A DNA stretch of 64,000 nucleotides from Phoronis australis. Lineage: Eukaryota; Animalia; Phoronida. The number at the start of each line of letters is the position of its first letter. The first letter of the stretch is position 1. The translations under genes were made by a program, and so were the position numbers. Positions 37,249 to 51,112 of this stretch are shown one piece after another. The notes under the pieces were generated by a model. The model had not been told where the DNA came from. It saw only the letters and a list, made by a program, of their open reading frames with translations, and did no database searches. The stretch covers positions 172,693 to 236,692 of the forward strand of contig NMRA01000638.1 of the NCBI GenBank assembly GCA_002633005.1, written 5' to 3'.

Positions 37249-39498
37249 TTAGTGAGTTATCTCTGAGACTTGTGGCTTTAATGTTCGTGGTTGGCACACC
37301 TTCTAATGGTGTGTGCTCGGCACACCAATTATGCGCAAACAACAGGACCCACCAGTGCTGCAATGCGATATTGTAATAGGATAATCAGGATGTCTTACAA
37401 GAAAAGTAGCCGAGAACACTAGCCAACGAGATGCATCCAAGATCGGTTCTGAATTATCCCCTGTTCATGCGATATGTTTACAACAACGTTTACAAGGCTG
37501 TTCTCTTTGTTCAATTTGATTTGGCAACAACCAAATAACAGCCAGATTCACATGAGATGCTTTATGTTTGCCAAGTACTCGCCTACTTACCGCTAAAAAC
37601 TAGCCTTGCGTACATTGGAAATTCCAGGTCGCATGTTACAAGATGAACAAAGTCTCCGCTTGCATTTCAAAATTTTAGGTTGCAAATGCGACCTGCAGCT
37701 CATTATGTCGAGCGCCGATTCCCAGTTGATTACAACCAACACAGACTTTAGCATACTCGGTAAGGACACGTTGCTGGTTAGATCTCGTCACTAATTTAGT
37801 CGTATAGCAAATCTTTGGTCCCAATGACAAGAATAATTGGCACTTCGTCTACAAATTATTTTTACCGACGAAGATACGTGTATGAACTATTTTTTCCTCG
37901 TATTCCTATTGTACTGGTTCACTAGACTCATCTCCAGTCAGTCATTAGTATTTTTTTAAATAAAATGTAAAGCAAATGCTTTTTCTTACGTAACTTTTGA
38001 TTGACATCTGGTCTTCATTACACAGCACGTTTTAAGCAACAGCGAGTGGCATTTCCGCATTTGACGGCGTCAAAAATGACAGCCCGAAAAACGACTTTCC
38101 AAGCTCTATACTCGCATAGTATTAATCTACAGATTCCGATTACTCAAATAGTTGGCGCTTATTGATTTATGTTCATTTACAGGAATAGGAATTGCCATTT
38201 TACCTATTCAAAAGCGTGTAGGAATTGTTACAGATAGATGACACTGTTTCAAAGGAGGTGTACTGACTATAAGAGTGTACAAACTGTTAGACAAATCACC
38301 ATAGATTACAAACCACATATACCTTGGCCCCACCAGAGGGGGGTGCCCAATTTACAAGTTGTTATTATGTATAGAATTGAGAATGTCCAGTCACAACTAA
38401 AGGGATTTAAGGTAATAATGACATTCAAGTATTCAAGTTTGAGGACAAGGACTTCCGAAGAACAGTAATGGGTATTTGTTGTTTTGACCTTAAAATGGGT
38501 TCCAAAAGCAGATAAAAATATCCTTACAAAATATTTTCATCCAAAGCCGAACTGCTTTACTTCTAGTTTATGCATAGCAATCAAACTTAAAAGGTCAGAA
38601 TAAGAATATCTTCAAGCTCAGAAACAGTATACTACAACTTGGGTCCAGGCTGCTCCAGCCAGTCTATGTATGAGATCATTTACAACATAACACATCACCA
38701 CAAAAACCACAGCAAAGAAAAGGTTGAGATTAGTTTTACAGCAAAAGCTGGTGTTTCGAACAGAGATACCCACTGAGAATAAGTTTTCATGGATTCACGG
38801 CATTCTTCATTTTCTTAAAGACTGTGACACATTAACAAAATTGGTCAAAAAGTGACAGTTTTATGGACACAGATTAAGACTAAGAAGTCGTCAACATATG
38901 ACATGACTCACATCAGTGCAAGGTTCAGTAAATTTCTTTTCAGTTGTAGATCTGTTTTACTGGCAGTATAGCCACTCATAAACAGTTAAAATTGGCAGTT
39001 AAAATCCAACTGCGAATGCTTCAGCCAAAACGATAGCACAGTGAAGTAGATCGAAGCCACTTAGCCACAGATTTCTAGAGTCTAGCACCATATAGATCAA
39101 TTACGAAATGCATAAATAACTTGCAGACAAGGTCCATGCTGGCAATGACAGAGGGTGTCTGGGCCCAAAATGTTTGTTATGCATGACTAATTAATTATTT
39201 TACTCAGTCCAATACAACTACCTTGCATTCATTTCACAAATAACACACCGTAATTCATAGTATTAACTTTGCAAAAACTATCTACAACACTCAGGTGTGC
39301 ATGAAGACATCTAATAACCACAAAACCTTCCAAATGGATAAACATGGCAAAACCATTTCTAATACACCACACAAAAACTACCAATAGCTGGTATGTCAGC
39401 GCTGCTTCATTGATGTACAACAAACACTGAAAGTGTATCCTGCATCAGTAACCAAAGCAATAGCAAAACAAAGGTTGGACATTATCAAAATGCAATAC

Positions 39499-39591
39499 CT
39501 CTTTTCCATTGCGCACGATTCGGATATAATCTTCTCGCGGACTCTGTTTTGAATACATGCTATCCTTGTCTTTGCCTGAAGCATTTCCCAT
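39499..39591 (-). CDS. Probable alternative first coding exon (31 aa, MGNASGKDKDSMYSKQSPREDYIRIVRNGKE), N-myristoylation-like
   Basis: GCCATGG Kozak. G-N-A-S-G-K fits the N-myristoylation pattern. Donor GAG|GTATTG is weaker, at phase 0. Confidence 0.55.
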
Positions 39592-40807
39592 GGCTCTGTC
39601 TTTGCTAATACATGAGAGGCAGGGAATCACAATTGCAAGCACCAAGCAATGATGTAGCCAGACACAGTCCCATCAGAAGGTTAATAACAGGAGGGTCAGA
39701 CAAACACTCATTGTTTGCTGTTTGGTCATCTACTCAAGTACTGGTGAGAAATTTTGCAAATGCGTGTCTCAAACAAAAAAATTTCCCTCAAGCCCGAAAT
39801 CAGAGGTGCGTCTTCCGCCTTATGCCAAGCAAGCGACTAAAAAAATTAGCCATTCTAATGACAGCCTGCACGTATCTGCCTAATTTTCAGGCTCCAATGC
39901 CAGACAGGATGGCATTTTCACACATGTTTTGGTTACATGAATAGAGTCTGAGCAGTGGGGTGGAAGGTGGGATTGTTCTGAAAGAAATCGCATTTAGCAG
40001 GCCTGCAAAGCAGTGGGTTGAGTGCAGGTGAAATAAAAACAAGTTCCTATTCACTAAGCCAGCACAGATGCCTTGGGCTGTATTTGACAAACTCTTGTTT
40101 GAGCTGTGGCACAAAAGAGGAACACCACATATAACGTTTATGAAGATCAGCCAACTGAGTTTTCACACCAGCCAAGGTACATTTTGAGGGTATACATGCA
40201 CAGTCACACATCCAGGTACACCTAATAAGGACGACTAAAGTAAGACAGTCTGAGCATAAGGAATAAGGGACTGACAGCTTATTTGAACTAAGAACTACAC
40301 ACAATTGTCTCCTTAATTAAACAAGTCAAAACTCTGAAGCAAAACTAATGCATTTGATACATGGCTGGATGTTGGTGAACTGGAGGGAATACTGACACAC
40401 TACTAAAGTCCCGCCCATAAACAGCCAACCCTAGAACAATGTGTACTAGTGCAACTTTTACCCCACTTTTGAGTGGATTGTCCACACATACATATCCGAT
40501 AACTAGGGTAAGCTGGAAGTTGTCGTGTAACGATGAACACCTCATGCGAGAGCAGCGCGCAAAAGAAAACCCAACTGTATAATCGCAGCTGATTACTTCC
40601 GCCATGCCCCAGGTTTGTGACCACAAAGGAATTTGAAGTTACGCACGTTACCCTAGAACCAGTTACTCCACCTCGATAAGATGTAGTAAAATGTTACAAG
40701 TGAGACACCATGACTACATAGCCTCAATGGAATATCAAAGATTTACACTACCACTGACAACAAAGACACTGCGATGTTGTTATTAGTAACCAAAAGTAGT
40801 AAATTAC

Positions 40808-42072
40808 AGGCGAAGGCCACCTTTTTAATGTCATTTTTAGCAAAAATAAGGTTCGTTAATTATCCCAGACATATTTTTCACTTAATTGCAGCTTTTCGAA
40901 ATTTAATTAATTATTCGTTCTCTACTCCGGAAGTGACGTTTTGGGAGGCAAGAATTTCGCGCCAATTTCTTTTCATATAGTCTCACTGTGAGAGCTGTCG
41001 AGTCAATCATTGTTCTACCTCGGTTGGGATAAGTTCGGTTGTCGTTTGCTTTTGTTTATAAGTCAGTCAACATGCCACACTGTTGCTGTGTACTGGGATG
41101 TAATCATTATCGCCAAGAGCCTGTAAGCTGCCCTGCTGCGATGTTGAGTAGTGCGAGTGAATACAGGCCTAGCCTTTATGCAGCCTACATCCTGGGCGTC
41201 CAAATGGACACCCTAGCACTAATTTGGACACCCACTATCAATAGGAACCTTTCAAGTTTGGACACACACATTGTAATGACTACTAGAAAGCCTATGAAGA
41301 CTCACAGTGGTGACTCTTTTTTCAAAGAAATATACAATGTATGTACAAAGTCTCACACTTGGTTGTAAACTTAGATGTAAAAACCTTGGTCTATGTAAAA
41401 AAATCTGTGTTTGGGGGATTGGGGGGGTGAAGGGTTACGCGTCAGAATCATGGACACCCTGTAATATTGGAAACCCCATTTTGGACACCCTATTTTCGAA
41501 ATCCTGGATAAAGGCCTGATACTGGCTCAGTTCGACACCCAGTGAAGAGGACAGTTCCTCATTCAATGAACAAATCGGTGAGCTAAGCTTTGAGAAGTTT
41601 ATTGTGACTTGTCTAAAGTATTGGAGTTATTTAGAAGGTGCCAGGAGTGTGGCGAGGGAGTCACATGGCAGGATGTAAACAGTTTGTGTGCTCAGGTCAA
41701 TATCCAGTGGGAGTGTGTCGCGGGACACTCGGGCAAGTCGGACAGTTGTTCCTCTGTCCATGAGAAGATAATGAGTACATCTCGGTAAGCAGCAACAGTG
41801 TGGCATGTTGACCGACTCGTGAACAAAAAGCAAACAACGACCGAACTTATCACAACCGAGATAGTACAATCACTGACTCGGCAGCTCTCACAGTGAGACT
41901 ATATGAAAAGAACTTGGCGCGAAATTCTTGCTGCCCAAAACGTCATTTCCACAGTGGAAAAAAAGGTAATTGTTTAAATTACAAAAAGCTGTAATTAACT
42001 GAAAAATGTGTCTGAGATAATCAACGAACCTTGTTTTTGCTAAAAATGACATGAAAAAGGTTGTCTTCGTCT
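40808..42072. mobile_element. Kolobok-like foldback element with ~300-bp inverted arms
   Basis: 40808-~41110 is an inverted repeat of ~41767-42072. Flanks are ttac and ttaa; termini are AG..CT. Confidence 0.8.
41169..41518. mobile_element. hAT-like MITE nested in the foldback element; related to 24145-25097
   Basis: Right end ggacaccctattttcgaaatcctggataaaggcctg is the reverse complement of the left end of the 24145 element. 8-bp flanks atacaggc and atactggc. Confidence 0.7.
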
Positions 42073-42299
42073 TTAAAGCAGTTATAACCCCTCCTCACAC
42101 CTTCCATCACAAAAAACAACTTTTGATTTAGACTACTAAGAGTATGGCATTACTGTAGTTTCCAATTGTTTGTTAGTCCTAGTCAATTTAGAGTTGGTCA
42201 ATTTAGAGTTGAGTAGATTTCTGGGCTTTGAATATGTTGTCAATTCATTATTGCTGGAGAGCACAGTCTAAAAGTTGACAATTTAGAAGTGATAAATTA

Positions 42300-43117
42300 C
42301 ACGGGTGAGAAACAACATGACTGCCGGTCCTCTTAAATCGAACCGACTCACCCAAAACAGGACCACCGGGGATCAAATGGGAGCATCGCACCATAAAATG
42401 GGACTGACGCACCTAAAAACACGACCGCCCCACCAGAAAACAGGACCGCCGGGGATTGAAAACGTAATGATTAACAAGCTAAGATTTATTATTGGTAGGT
42501 CTACACAGATCACACAATGGAGCCATATAAGTATGCATATGCAGGTCTTGTGCTAATTAATCCAACGAAATCTTTTGAGCGCTACAGGACACTTCACTTT
42601 GTAACACGCGGCGCTTTTGAGTTTTAACCACAAACCAACCACATTGCACGCTTTTGAGCTAAATAATTATAGAGTGTTTTTCACTCAAGCGGCTACAACC
42701 TGCAAGGTGAGTGTTGATTGACTCCTAGATTTTGCATGCGCCTGCTCCGCTCGCTAGCTCTACATGTTGATTAAGTTTCACGTAACAAGGTGCCGAGCAA
42801 AACTATACCCGGGCTGTGGGAAATTTCGGGGATGTAACAGAGCTCAATAACGCAGTGCTACCAATTTTTTATTTTGGTGATTCTTTTCACAGATAGACGT
42901 CATAACCCGCAGTATCATACAAAGGCCTTGATAACTACATTTTGTCCGGCGGTCATGTTCAGTCCCCGGTGGTCCTGTTTTGTGGTGGGGCGGTCATGTT
43001 TTTAGGTGCGTCAGTCCCATTTTCTGGTGCGGCAGTCCCATTTGATCCCCGGAGGTCCCGTTTTCGGTGAGTCAGTCCAATTTATAGGACCTGTGGTCAT
43101 GTTGTTTCTCACATGTG
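42300..43117. mobile_element. Non-autonomous DNA transposon with CAC termini, ~160-bp TIRs and 5-bp TSD (Transib-like)
   Basis: aatta|CACGGGTGAGAAACAACATGAC ... GTCATGTTGTTTCTCACATGTG|aatta. Confidence 0.75.
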
Positions 43118-45410
43118 AATTACCTAATCTCTCTAGATTATAACCAAGGAAAAATAATCATCCTTTTCAACCCAATAACCATGTTTTCCTGAGTAAACCA
43201 CATGCCTTTATTTGGCCAGTAACATGCCATTTCACCCTAATACACATTAGCTGATGGAGTAAGATAAGAGTTGCCTAACCAAACAACACAAAAAGTCTGT
43301 TCTCACTTTTTCACTCTTTTGATGGAGTAAAAGAAGATTGATTTCGAAATCTTCATATAATTTTGACCTGTGTGCATGCTCTCCCCATAAATATCAGTGA
43401 AATTTTAGCTGAGGTTGCTTTGGTCAGATCAGCCGAGTTTAAAGTAACTTTTAGTATTACTAAGTGATAAAGCAGTTTCCTTTGTTTTGAATTTTATATC
43501 TGTTAAGAATTTAATTTACACTTATAGTTTCAAAGTAAATACACAGAAATTAGCATGGAATATCAATAAACCTGAGTTAAAATTCCTGAGATAGTATCAA
43601 ATTTCACAAATTTATGAATCCGAAAAAGGTCTAATTGCGTAGTGCCACAGTATTCTAAGTAATCCGTTCTCGTGAGCGACAGGTGACCATGTTCAAGTAT
43701 ATACTTTTTTTGTCATAAATGGAAAATCCCCATGAAAATCGGACAAAAAATGATGCTAATTTCAAGAGTTAACGATTTTTCTCCTAAGTCATGGTGAAAA
43801 TAAAGAAGGAAGTTGGATGCAAAGTGACACTAAAATTGTTGAAAATTTACTGCAAGTTTTTGCTTCAAAATTCCATTTATTTTTCACAATAATTATCGTG
43901 AACTTGACCACAACATTATGATCAATGCTGAACGGCCGTTCAACAGTGACATAGTTATTTGATGGTTGTACCACCCACAAAATGCATGTGTTACAAGTTC
44001 TGCATCCGTGTTCGTTAAAAATGAATTGTAGAAAGAGTAAATTGGAGCAATCGAACGTTATAAACAACGTTATAATGCAACTCGATTGTGCTTTTCCTGA
44101 ACCTTCCGAATTCTGTAGACATATATGCTTGTTAAGAAATGTCAGTTGAAAAGTTGAATACATGGACAATTACTGTTAATTACAGAAAGAGAAAGGGCTG
44201 CAACAATGATAAAACCAGACCACTTGTAAGTCACAGCAAAAAATGTTTTATGCATAAGTTGCTTCTACAGCAATTCAAAAAAGAAACAAAAATCAACTGA
44301 GGACAGATAGATGTGAAAAAGTCATATTTCACAAGTTCAAGTTACAAATTTAATAGACTGGAAACATTCTTCAGGGATACAGCAGGTGAAATGTTAAAGT
44401 AATAATAGCTGAATTTGAATCAAAATATCACATGAGACAGCCAGGTATTTAAAAAATGCAATGTATATCAGCTCAATATAGTCATGCTTTGCTGATTAAA
44501 GGTACTTTTAGATTTTAATACTTAATGAATAAAAATTGAATCGTTGATCAATAACTCTCCTGAACACGACAGGAAGCAAAAAGTAATAATGAGGAACCAA
44601 TAGGCATTTTCCGATAAGGGAGACCAGGGCTGGTTTGACCTCAGGACACGTTCGGAATTGGTCATATCCAGTACAAAAAAATACAAGGCTCTTTCTCATA
44701 CAGTTAACTCCGCTATCGAAGCTTCCAAGTTAGCTGTGGTTAATCGCGAAGTTAAGCGTTACTGTTCCCAGCAGCTTTGGAGTTTTTCAGAAAACTAATT
44801 CAACAAAGTTATCACAGGGCAGCGATAATATGACCTTCAGTTATAAGTCATATGCCTTGCTGTTTTTGTCCTTGTCACCACAAATGGCAAGGATATCTCT
44901 CTCTCCCCAAATGGAAACTAGAACATCAACTTCACAAGGCAGCTAACTATTGAAGATAATTAAAAAAAACTGACTTCTGAATATACTAACAGCTGATATC
45001 CGAATGAAAGTGGTGTGGCGTATGGCAGCAACTGGTTTTGCCTACACTATATGTTCAATGATTTCTTATAAAGCATACAGCAAATGCATGGATAAATTGA
45101 GACAGAATGCTTATACTGCCAAAATGATAAATATGAGAACAAAATATTAACAATTATTACGCAGTCACTCCCCGCTGTTGGCAAACGCAGTGATCCATGC
45201 CAATAACTCCGATGACATCGAAGTAATAAGTGCTTCAACTGTAGAGAAGCGTGGATGCTTTGCTAAAATCCACCTCTTTGACTGGAGTTAACTCGCGCTT
45301 TTAAATTCAATCAAAAGCCAAATCTTTAGAGCCAATAGGAAAGGTCTTACAGTGTTGGTACCACGAAAATGTAGTGATAATGATAATATGGTAGTTCGAA
45401 ATAGACTTAT

Positions 45411-46745
45411 GGAAATAAGAAAGAAAAACCTGTTGTGTATTTAGGGAGCACAAATAGCTTCAAAACGATACAATATTGATTCATACTTTGAACCCAACAA
45501 AAAGACTTGCATGATACTTCTTCCAACAGTGACATTTTTAGTGTCAGCATTTTTGCACTTACATGGACATACACTTCACTATGGAAATTAGTTATTTTTG
45601 GTGTTTCAAAGAACACACGCTTTTGTATTCAATTGGTGAAAGTTTTTTTAAGATTTCAATTTATTGTCCTAAGTTCATCCACTTGTACACGCATTCAACA
45701 TGAGTGCCCATTAACACACGTCTAGCCACATTTATTATTAGTTATGATTCTAAAAGTACTAGTTATGACATGTTATTGAAATAATTGAGCATGAAACTAA
45801 AAGTCAGTTATTGCATTTCAGTGTGTCAAAGAATTTATAAAAAATGCTGGAAATATCTCAAAGAATTAAATCCATATAAGAATGGAGAATGGTGTCTACC
45901 AAATACCTTATCGGCATCTAGCAAAGGTAATGGTCGGATAAAACGTGCCCGCATTTTGAGAACCAGTTTTCTCCACCCAATAATGGGTATCAAACTGGTT
46001 CTCAAAATAGGAGCATATAATATCCAACTATTGCCTCTAGCGACAATGCAAATTTCATCATGTTGCCACTNGGAAATAAGAAAGAAAAACCTGTTGTGTA
46101 TTTAGGGAGCACAAATAGCTTCAAAACGATACAATGTTGATTCATACTTTGAACCCAACAAAAAGACTTGCATGATACTTCTTCTAACAATGACATTTTT
46201 AGTGTCAGCATTTTTGCACTTACATGGACATACACTTCACTATGGAAATTAGTTATTTTTGGTGTTTCAAAGAACACACGCTTTTGTATTCAATTGGTGA
46301 AAGTTTTTTTAAGATTTCAATTTATTGTCCTAAGTTCATCGGAATGCAGGAACACACTTGTACACGCATTCAACATGAGTGCCCATTAACACACGTCTAG
46401 CCACATTTATTATTAGTTATGATTCTAAAAGTACTAGTTATGACATGTTATTGAAATAATTGAGCATGAAACTAAAAGTCAGTTATTGCATTTCAGTGTG
46501 TCAAAGAATTTATAAAAAATGCTGGAAATATCTCAAAGAATTAAATCCATATAAGAATGGAGAATGGTGTCTACCAAATACCTTATCGGCATCTAGCAAA
46601 GGTAATGGTCGGATAAAACGTGCCCGCATTTTGAGAACCAGTTTTCTCCACCCAATAATGGGTATCAAACTGGTTCGCAAAATAGGAGCATATAATATCC
46701 AACTATTGCCTCTAGCGACAATGCAAATTTCATCATGTTGCCACT
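45411..46745. repeat. ~0.67 kb direct duplication joined by a single N (46071)
   Basis: 45411-46070 matches 46072-46745 apart from a few SNPs and one ~14-bp indel. Confidence 0.95.
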
Positions 46746-48389
46746 TTATTGGAAGATGGCTCATTACCTCCTAGCTAATCAATTTCTTCAGTGTCAGCAA
46801 CCACTGTGACTGCCTTTCCGAAAAGGCCAAGAGGAAATTACGAAATCAGAAAATGATTCCTCAAGCATACTATTACAAAGGGTGTGTTACCTAAAAGGTC
46901 ACTTGACACCAGCTCACTTACATAATCTCAAAAACTAGTAAACTTTTCTGTTCCCTGCCTTCTGGTTGTATAGCAAAAGGACGCAGAAATGGGGCATTTG
47001 ACAACATGACCATATGCAATGGCAGATTAATTCAGTAGTTTTAACATATATGCATAAGAAAAGCATTTAGCATTTGTAAACAACTAGACCACATAAAAAA
47101 TAAATATCTTACTAGCCATTACCCGTGCATTCGCACAGGTAGCAGCTAGTGGGAAACACCGAGAGAAATAGCTACATCTAAGAGTGAACATTAGGGTTCA
47201 TTTCAAGAGACAGGAATACTTGCCTTTCTTGAAGAGACTGTGTTCAAAGCTTCAAGCAGAATTTTTGTCACTGCCAGATTTTAGAAGGCAAGGTTTATGG
47301 CTGCGGGATGCTTTCCCCAGGCAGTACAAATTTCTTTCCAGAACATTTGACCCTGCCGTAACACAACTTAATCAGATATTCTTTAAAGTGAAAACTAAGA
47401 GTGCATTTAAATATTGTATAGTACACAAAGTATATAGATATATTTACCCAAGTTGCATCATAAATGTACATACTGAGGTAGAAAGCCAGGTACCTGTATG
47501 AAGACTATCGTCAACATACAGCAACTGAGGTAACCGTGTGTAGAGCTCCATTAGACACACAACCCGGGTGCTCAGCCCGTCACCTCATCGTAAAACTTAC
47601 TAACAACCTGCAGGGGTGCATGTAGAATCTGGGAATGAACCGACATTCACCTTGCCCGTTACAGTCGTTTATAGAAGAAAAAAGACAATCTAATAAATGT
47701 CATTTTTCGTAATTCTCCGCCTTTTGTAACAAAGGAAATCTGTGGTCATTTTGAAAACAGTGCATACTTGTGTCACGCGCACGTACACGCCATTTCCTAA
47801 AATTTTGCGATATCTCTCGCGAGTTTGTTCTGAAATTGAGTTTTCTGGTATTGCAATAGTAAAAACTTGTAACGAAATGAAACCATTTCTAATTGTTATG
47901 ACATGTACGCAACCTCACAGTTGATTGAAGAACTTGGAAATTGGCTAATAGGTGACGCAATGGCGCCCAAAGAGCGTATCGCAATTTCAGCATCATAATA
48001 ACTGAAGAACGCCACTTTTCCAACACCTGGAAGAGCAAAAAATTTTTAATGAGGCATCATTAATTTTGGCGGCAACAGACCCGATGAATTATGTAAGCTA
48101 ACTGAAGCCGGAGGGAGTGAAATTAAGCCGACGGAGTGACGTCATCCAGGCCATTGAGCCGACGGACTGACTTCACCAAGGCCAGTACGGAACTGGCCAC
48201 CCTCCCTCCGCAAAAAAACGGCCCACGAGAAAAAAACAGAACACCTCTAATCCAAATAGGGGGCCGGTGCAATACCTGGGACTAAGGTGGCTCCGAAACG
48301 GGCACAACAAAGGTCTGTAGTGGAGTGGGGAAGACGGAGTTTGTGCAAACGATGCATTTTATATAATAGATTATAAGCAAAAATGTTAC

Positions 48390-49805
48390 CTGACTCAAAA
48401 CGGACAAATTACAGAGATCTGGTTCCGAGCCAGAGTCGCACGTTACTTTGCTAAAGCTCCACGTGGCAATGGGTGAACAGTACAGATCCCCACATAGACA
48501 ATCAAAGTAACCGCATTGCCAACAACTGTCGACCAAAGGTGGAGTACACCCAACAGAAGGTGTGGGACTCTGGGAGACAGGGCGAGAACAGAAAGACATG
48601 GAAGACTCTCGTCTGTCAGTATGCGTGTGATTTGAGCTCAAAGGACATCTGTTGTGCTTTCTAAGACATTTAGAACATCTCCCTTTGGGTGGTGGTCTCT
48701 CTGGAGAAAGGCGTTGGGCTCCTAAATGTTTCAAGTTTGTCTCTTCCTCTAAATTAAAATTTAAGTGTGAAATATCACTAAAGCTTGACATCAAGAAGTT
48801 TTCATCTGTTTGTCTAATCTTTGAAACTGGATTTCCATAAGCATCGATTTCCATCAGCTTCATTGAATTGTCACAAAACATTGCAATATCTGCCGCCAGT
48901 GACAAGATCTGACTAGATTGTTTTTGGCGTTCATTGTTTTTTGACTTCAATTCCAATTTGTTTTGAACAGCCCTGGCAAGAACTTTGTTGTTGAACACTT
49001 GACTTTTTCTCACGTGTTTACAACGCCAACAGTTCATCACGCTACATGTGATGGAAGACAAGTTTGATTCAGACGAAGCCCGCTGTCGTAGTAATGTTGC
49101 CATGGATAAAGGAGAATGATGTAAGGATTTGTGATATGGCGAAACAGGGGTTGACAACACATCAACACTGTCGGCTGTGAAGTCAGTATAACCTTCTGAG
49201 CTACTGGTTGAAATTTGACTTGAAACACTGGAAGTCATTATGTCTGCTAGTTCACTTGTAGTGCTCTCCATGGAACACTCCATGGGCTCTTCGCTGGCTA
49301 CAGTTGGCAGCCAAGAACTAAGACATGGTGGTGTTGATGAGCATCTAGGCACTGGTGACAACTGGGGTGACCATAAGGCACTTTCAGGAGCTGCAACACT
49401 CAGCGACAACACAGAGTGGGCACCCAAACTATGACACCGATGATGGGGAAAGAAAGTTTCATCCCACTGCCAACTGTTAGGAGTGTTGGGACGTGTCGAA
49501 CATGTGCTTTTAACACTCCCAAATTCTTCAAGGGACTTTGAAAGACTTTCTGTAGGTTCCAATGTGACCTCCTCCATCTTCGACTCGTCAGCGAGAAATA
49601 CTTCATGGATAGTGCCACAGAGCCAACACCTCTGTGAACTCCAAGTCAAAGTAGGCAGTTTGCAAGGACACCGTCTTCTGTTTCTGGAAAGAAGCCTCTG
49701 TGTGTACAAGGTACTGCTGTGCCGTCTTGGTGGGTTACTGGATCTAGATGAGTCTACCAACGAAACAAGCTTTTTGCTAGCCGTAAAGCTGATAGGCAGA
49801 GACAT
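48390..49805 (-). CDS. Probable large alternative first coding exon of the spectraplakin (472 aa, Ser/Cys-rich, probably disordered)
   Basis: Longest ORF in the window, same strand as the gene. AGT ATG context with an upstream in-frame TGA. Donor CAG|GTAACA after exactly 1416 nt (phase 0), after which the sequence turns AT-rich. No TE motifs recognised. Confidence 0.75.
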
Positions 49806-51112
49806 ACTGAACTGGCTACTTAAGAACCATCAATGTTCCATTGGAAACACTGTTAAATTGTTTGTAAACGTTCACTGCCACATTTAGCACTGCACTACTG
49901 CCAGGTTCCACAGTCCATTCATTAACAAACCTTTTCCCTTGAGTATTAGCAGATTAATTCTATTTGTCCACACAGCTTCACATAACTGAGAATCTCCAAG
50001 AACAGATCGGAGGGACAGATCAATTTCGCTGCATATTATTAATGCAGCAGACAACTCAAAATACCTCCACTATACAACAATTAGGTTAAAAACACCAGAT
50101 TAGATGCCAGTCCATATCAACAAAGATTACATCAGACATGTACAATTAAGTGGGTTTTCAAGTGGCTTGAACAGTGCTGCTGAGGATCTAAAATTCTGCA
50201 CTGGGAGTATGTGCATACAGACTGCAGTCATGATGAAGGTTGTTACAATCAAAATATCAATCAATCCAGTTGGCATGCCACACAGAATAATACTCCACAA
50301 TATGCAGACACCATGATCATGTTCAGAAGATGGACACAGTTACCAAAGATTAAATGACTCAAACAATTGCAATCCTACACTTGTCCAAACAACACTCTCC
50401 CTGGATATAATAGACCAATAAATACAAGCTGTCAATGACTGAAACATATTTCATGCAGCATGAACTACAGTGGGAAAAGTACATTTCTTGCAACATACAT
50501 CCACTAAGATATTCGAACAAAGGTCCAGAGGATGACACATTATGGCTTGCAAACTTATGGTAAATTCTGATTCAATACACAACACAGAAATTTTTCATCA
50601 CTGACTCTCCACTGAATAAGTGATTACAACACAAAAGTAATGGGTAGCCAAAATACAAGACTGCCAGGGAAATATAGACAGCAAACAGCGCATTCCAAAT
50701 GACAATCTTTTTACTTGACTAAGCATACAGGTATCGACATAGTCTACATTGATATGATGGTAAAGGTTCAGAATCAACAGTCATGCAATCTATATCCAGG
50801 TGACCAAGATGGCACACCTGGCAATAGTAGAGAATAAATGCTAATATGCAGCTTTGGCAATTGTCAAGAGAACCTGGATAACCAGAATCAAGTGAAATAA
50901 ATCAGACGAGACGACACTTCAAAATTACATAGTGTGCATTATCTTCCGTTTGTAAATGTACTAGAGCTTTGACAATCAATTCAGTCTGCATATCCTTAGA
51001 TAATTACAGTACCTATATTTAGAATAAACAATGCTCACAACCTTGTAAATTTCCTCAACTGATGCTAAACTATCAGCCAGCATAATTAATGTGTGCTTTA
51101 ATTACAAGTTAT

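Noticed and set aside
45407-46774. Duplicated small ORFs suggesting a tandem gene pair
   Set aside because: They arise from the N-joined duplication and have no protein-like features.
47110-48285. Possible Helitron 5' end and TAG...CTA-bounded element next to the large exon
   Set aside because: It looks TE-derived (CpG-rich), but I could not define matching termini or a TSD, so no family was called.
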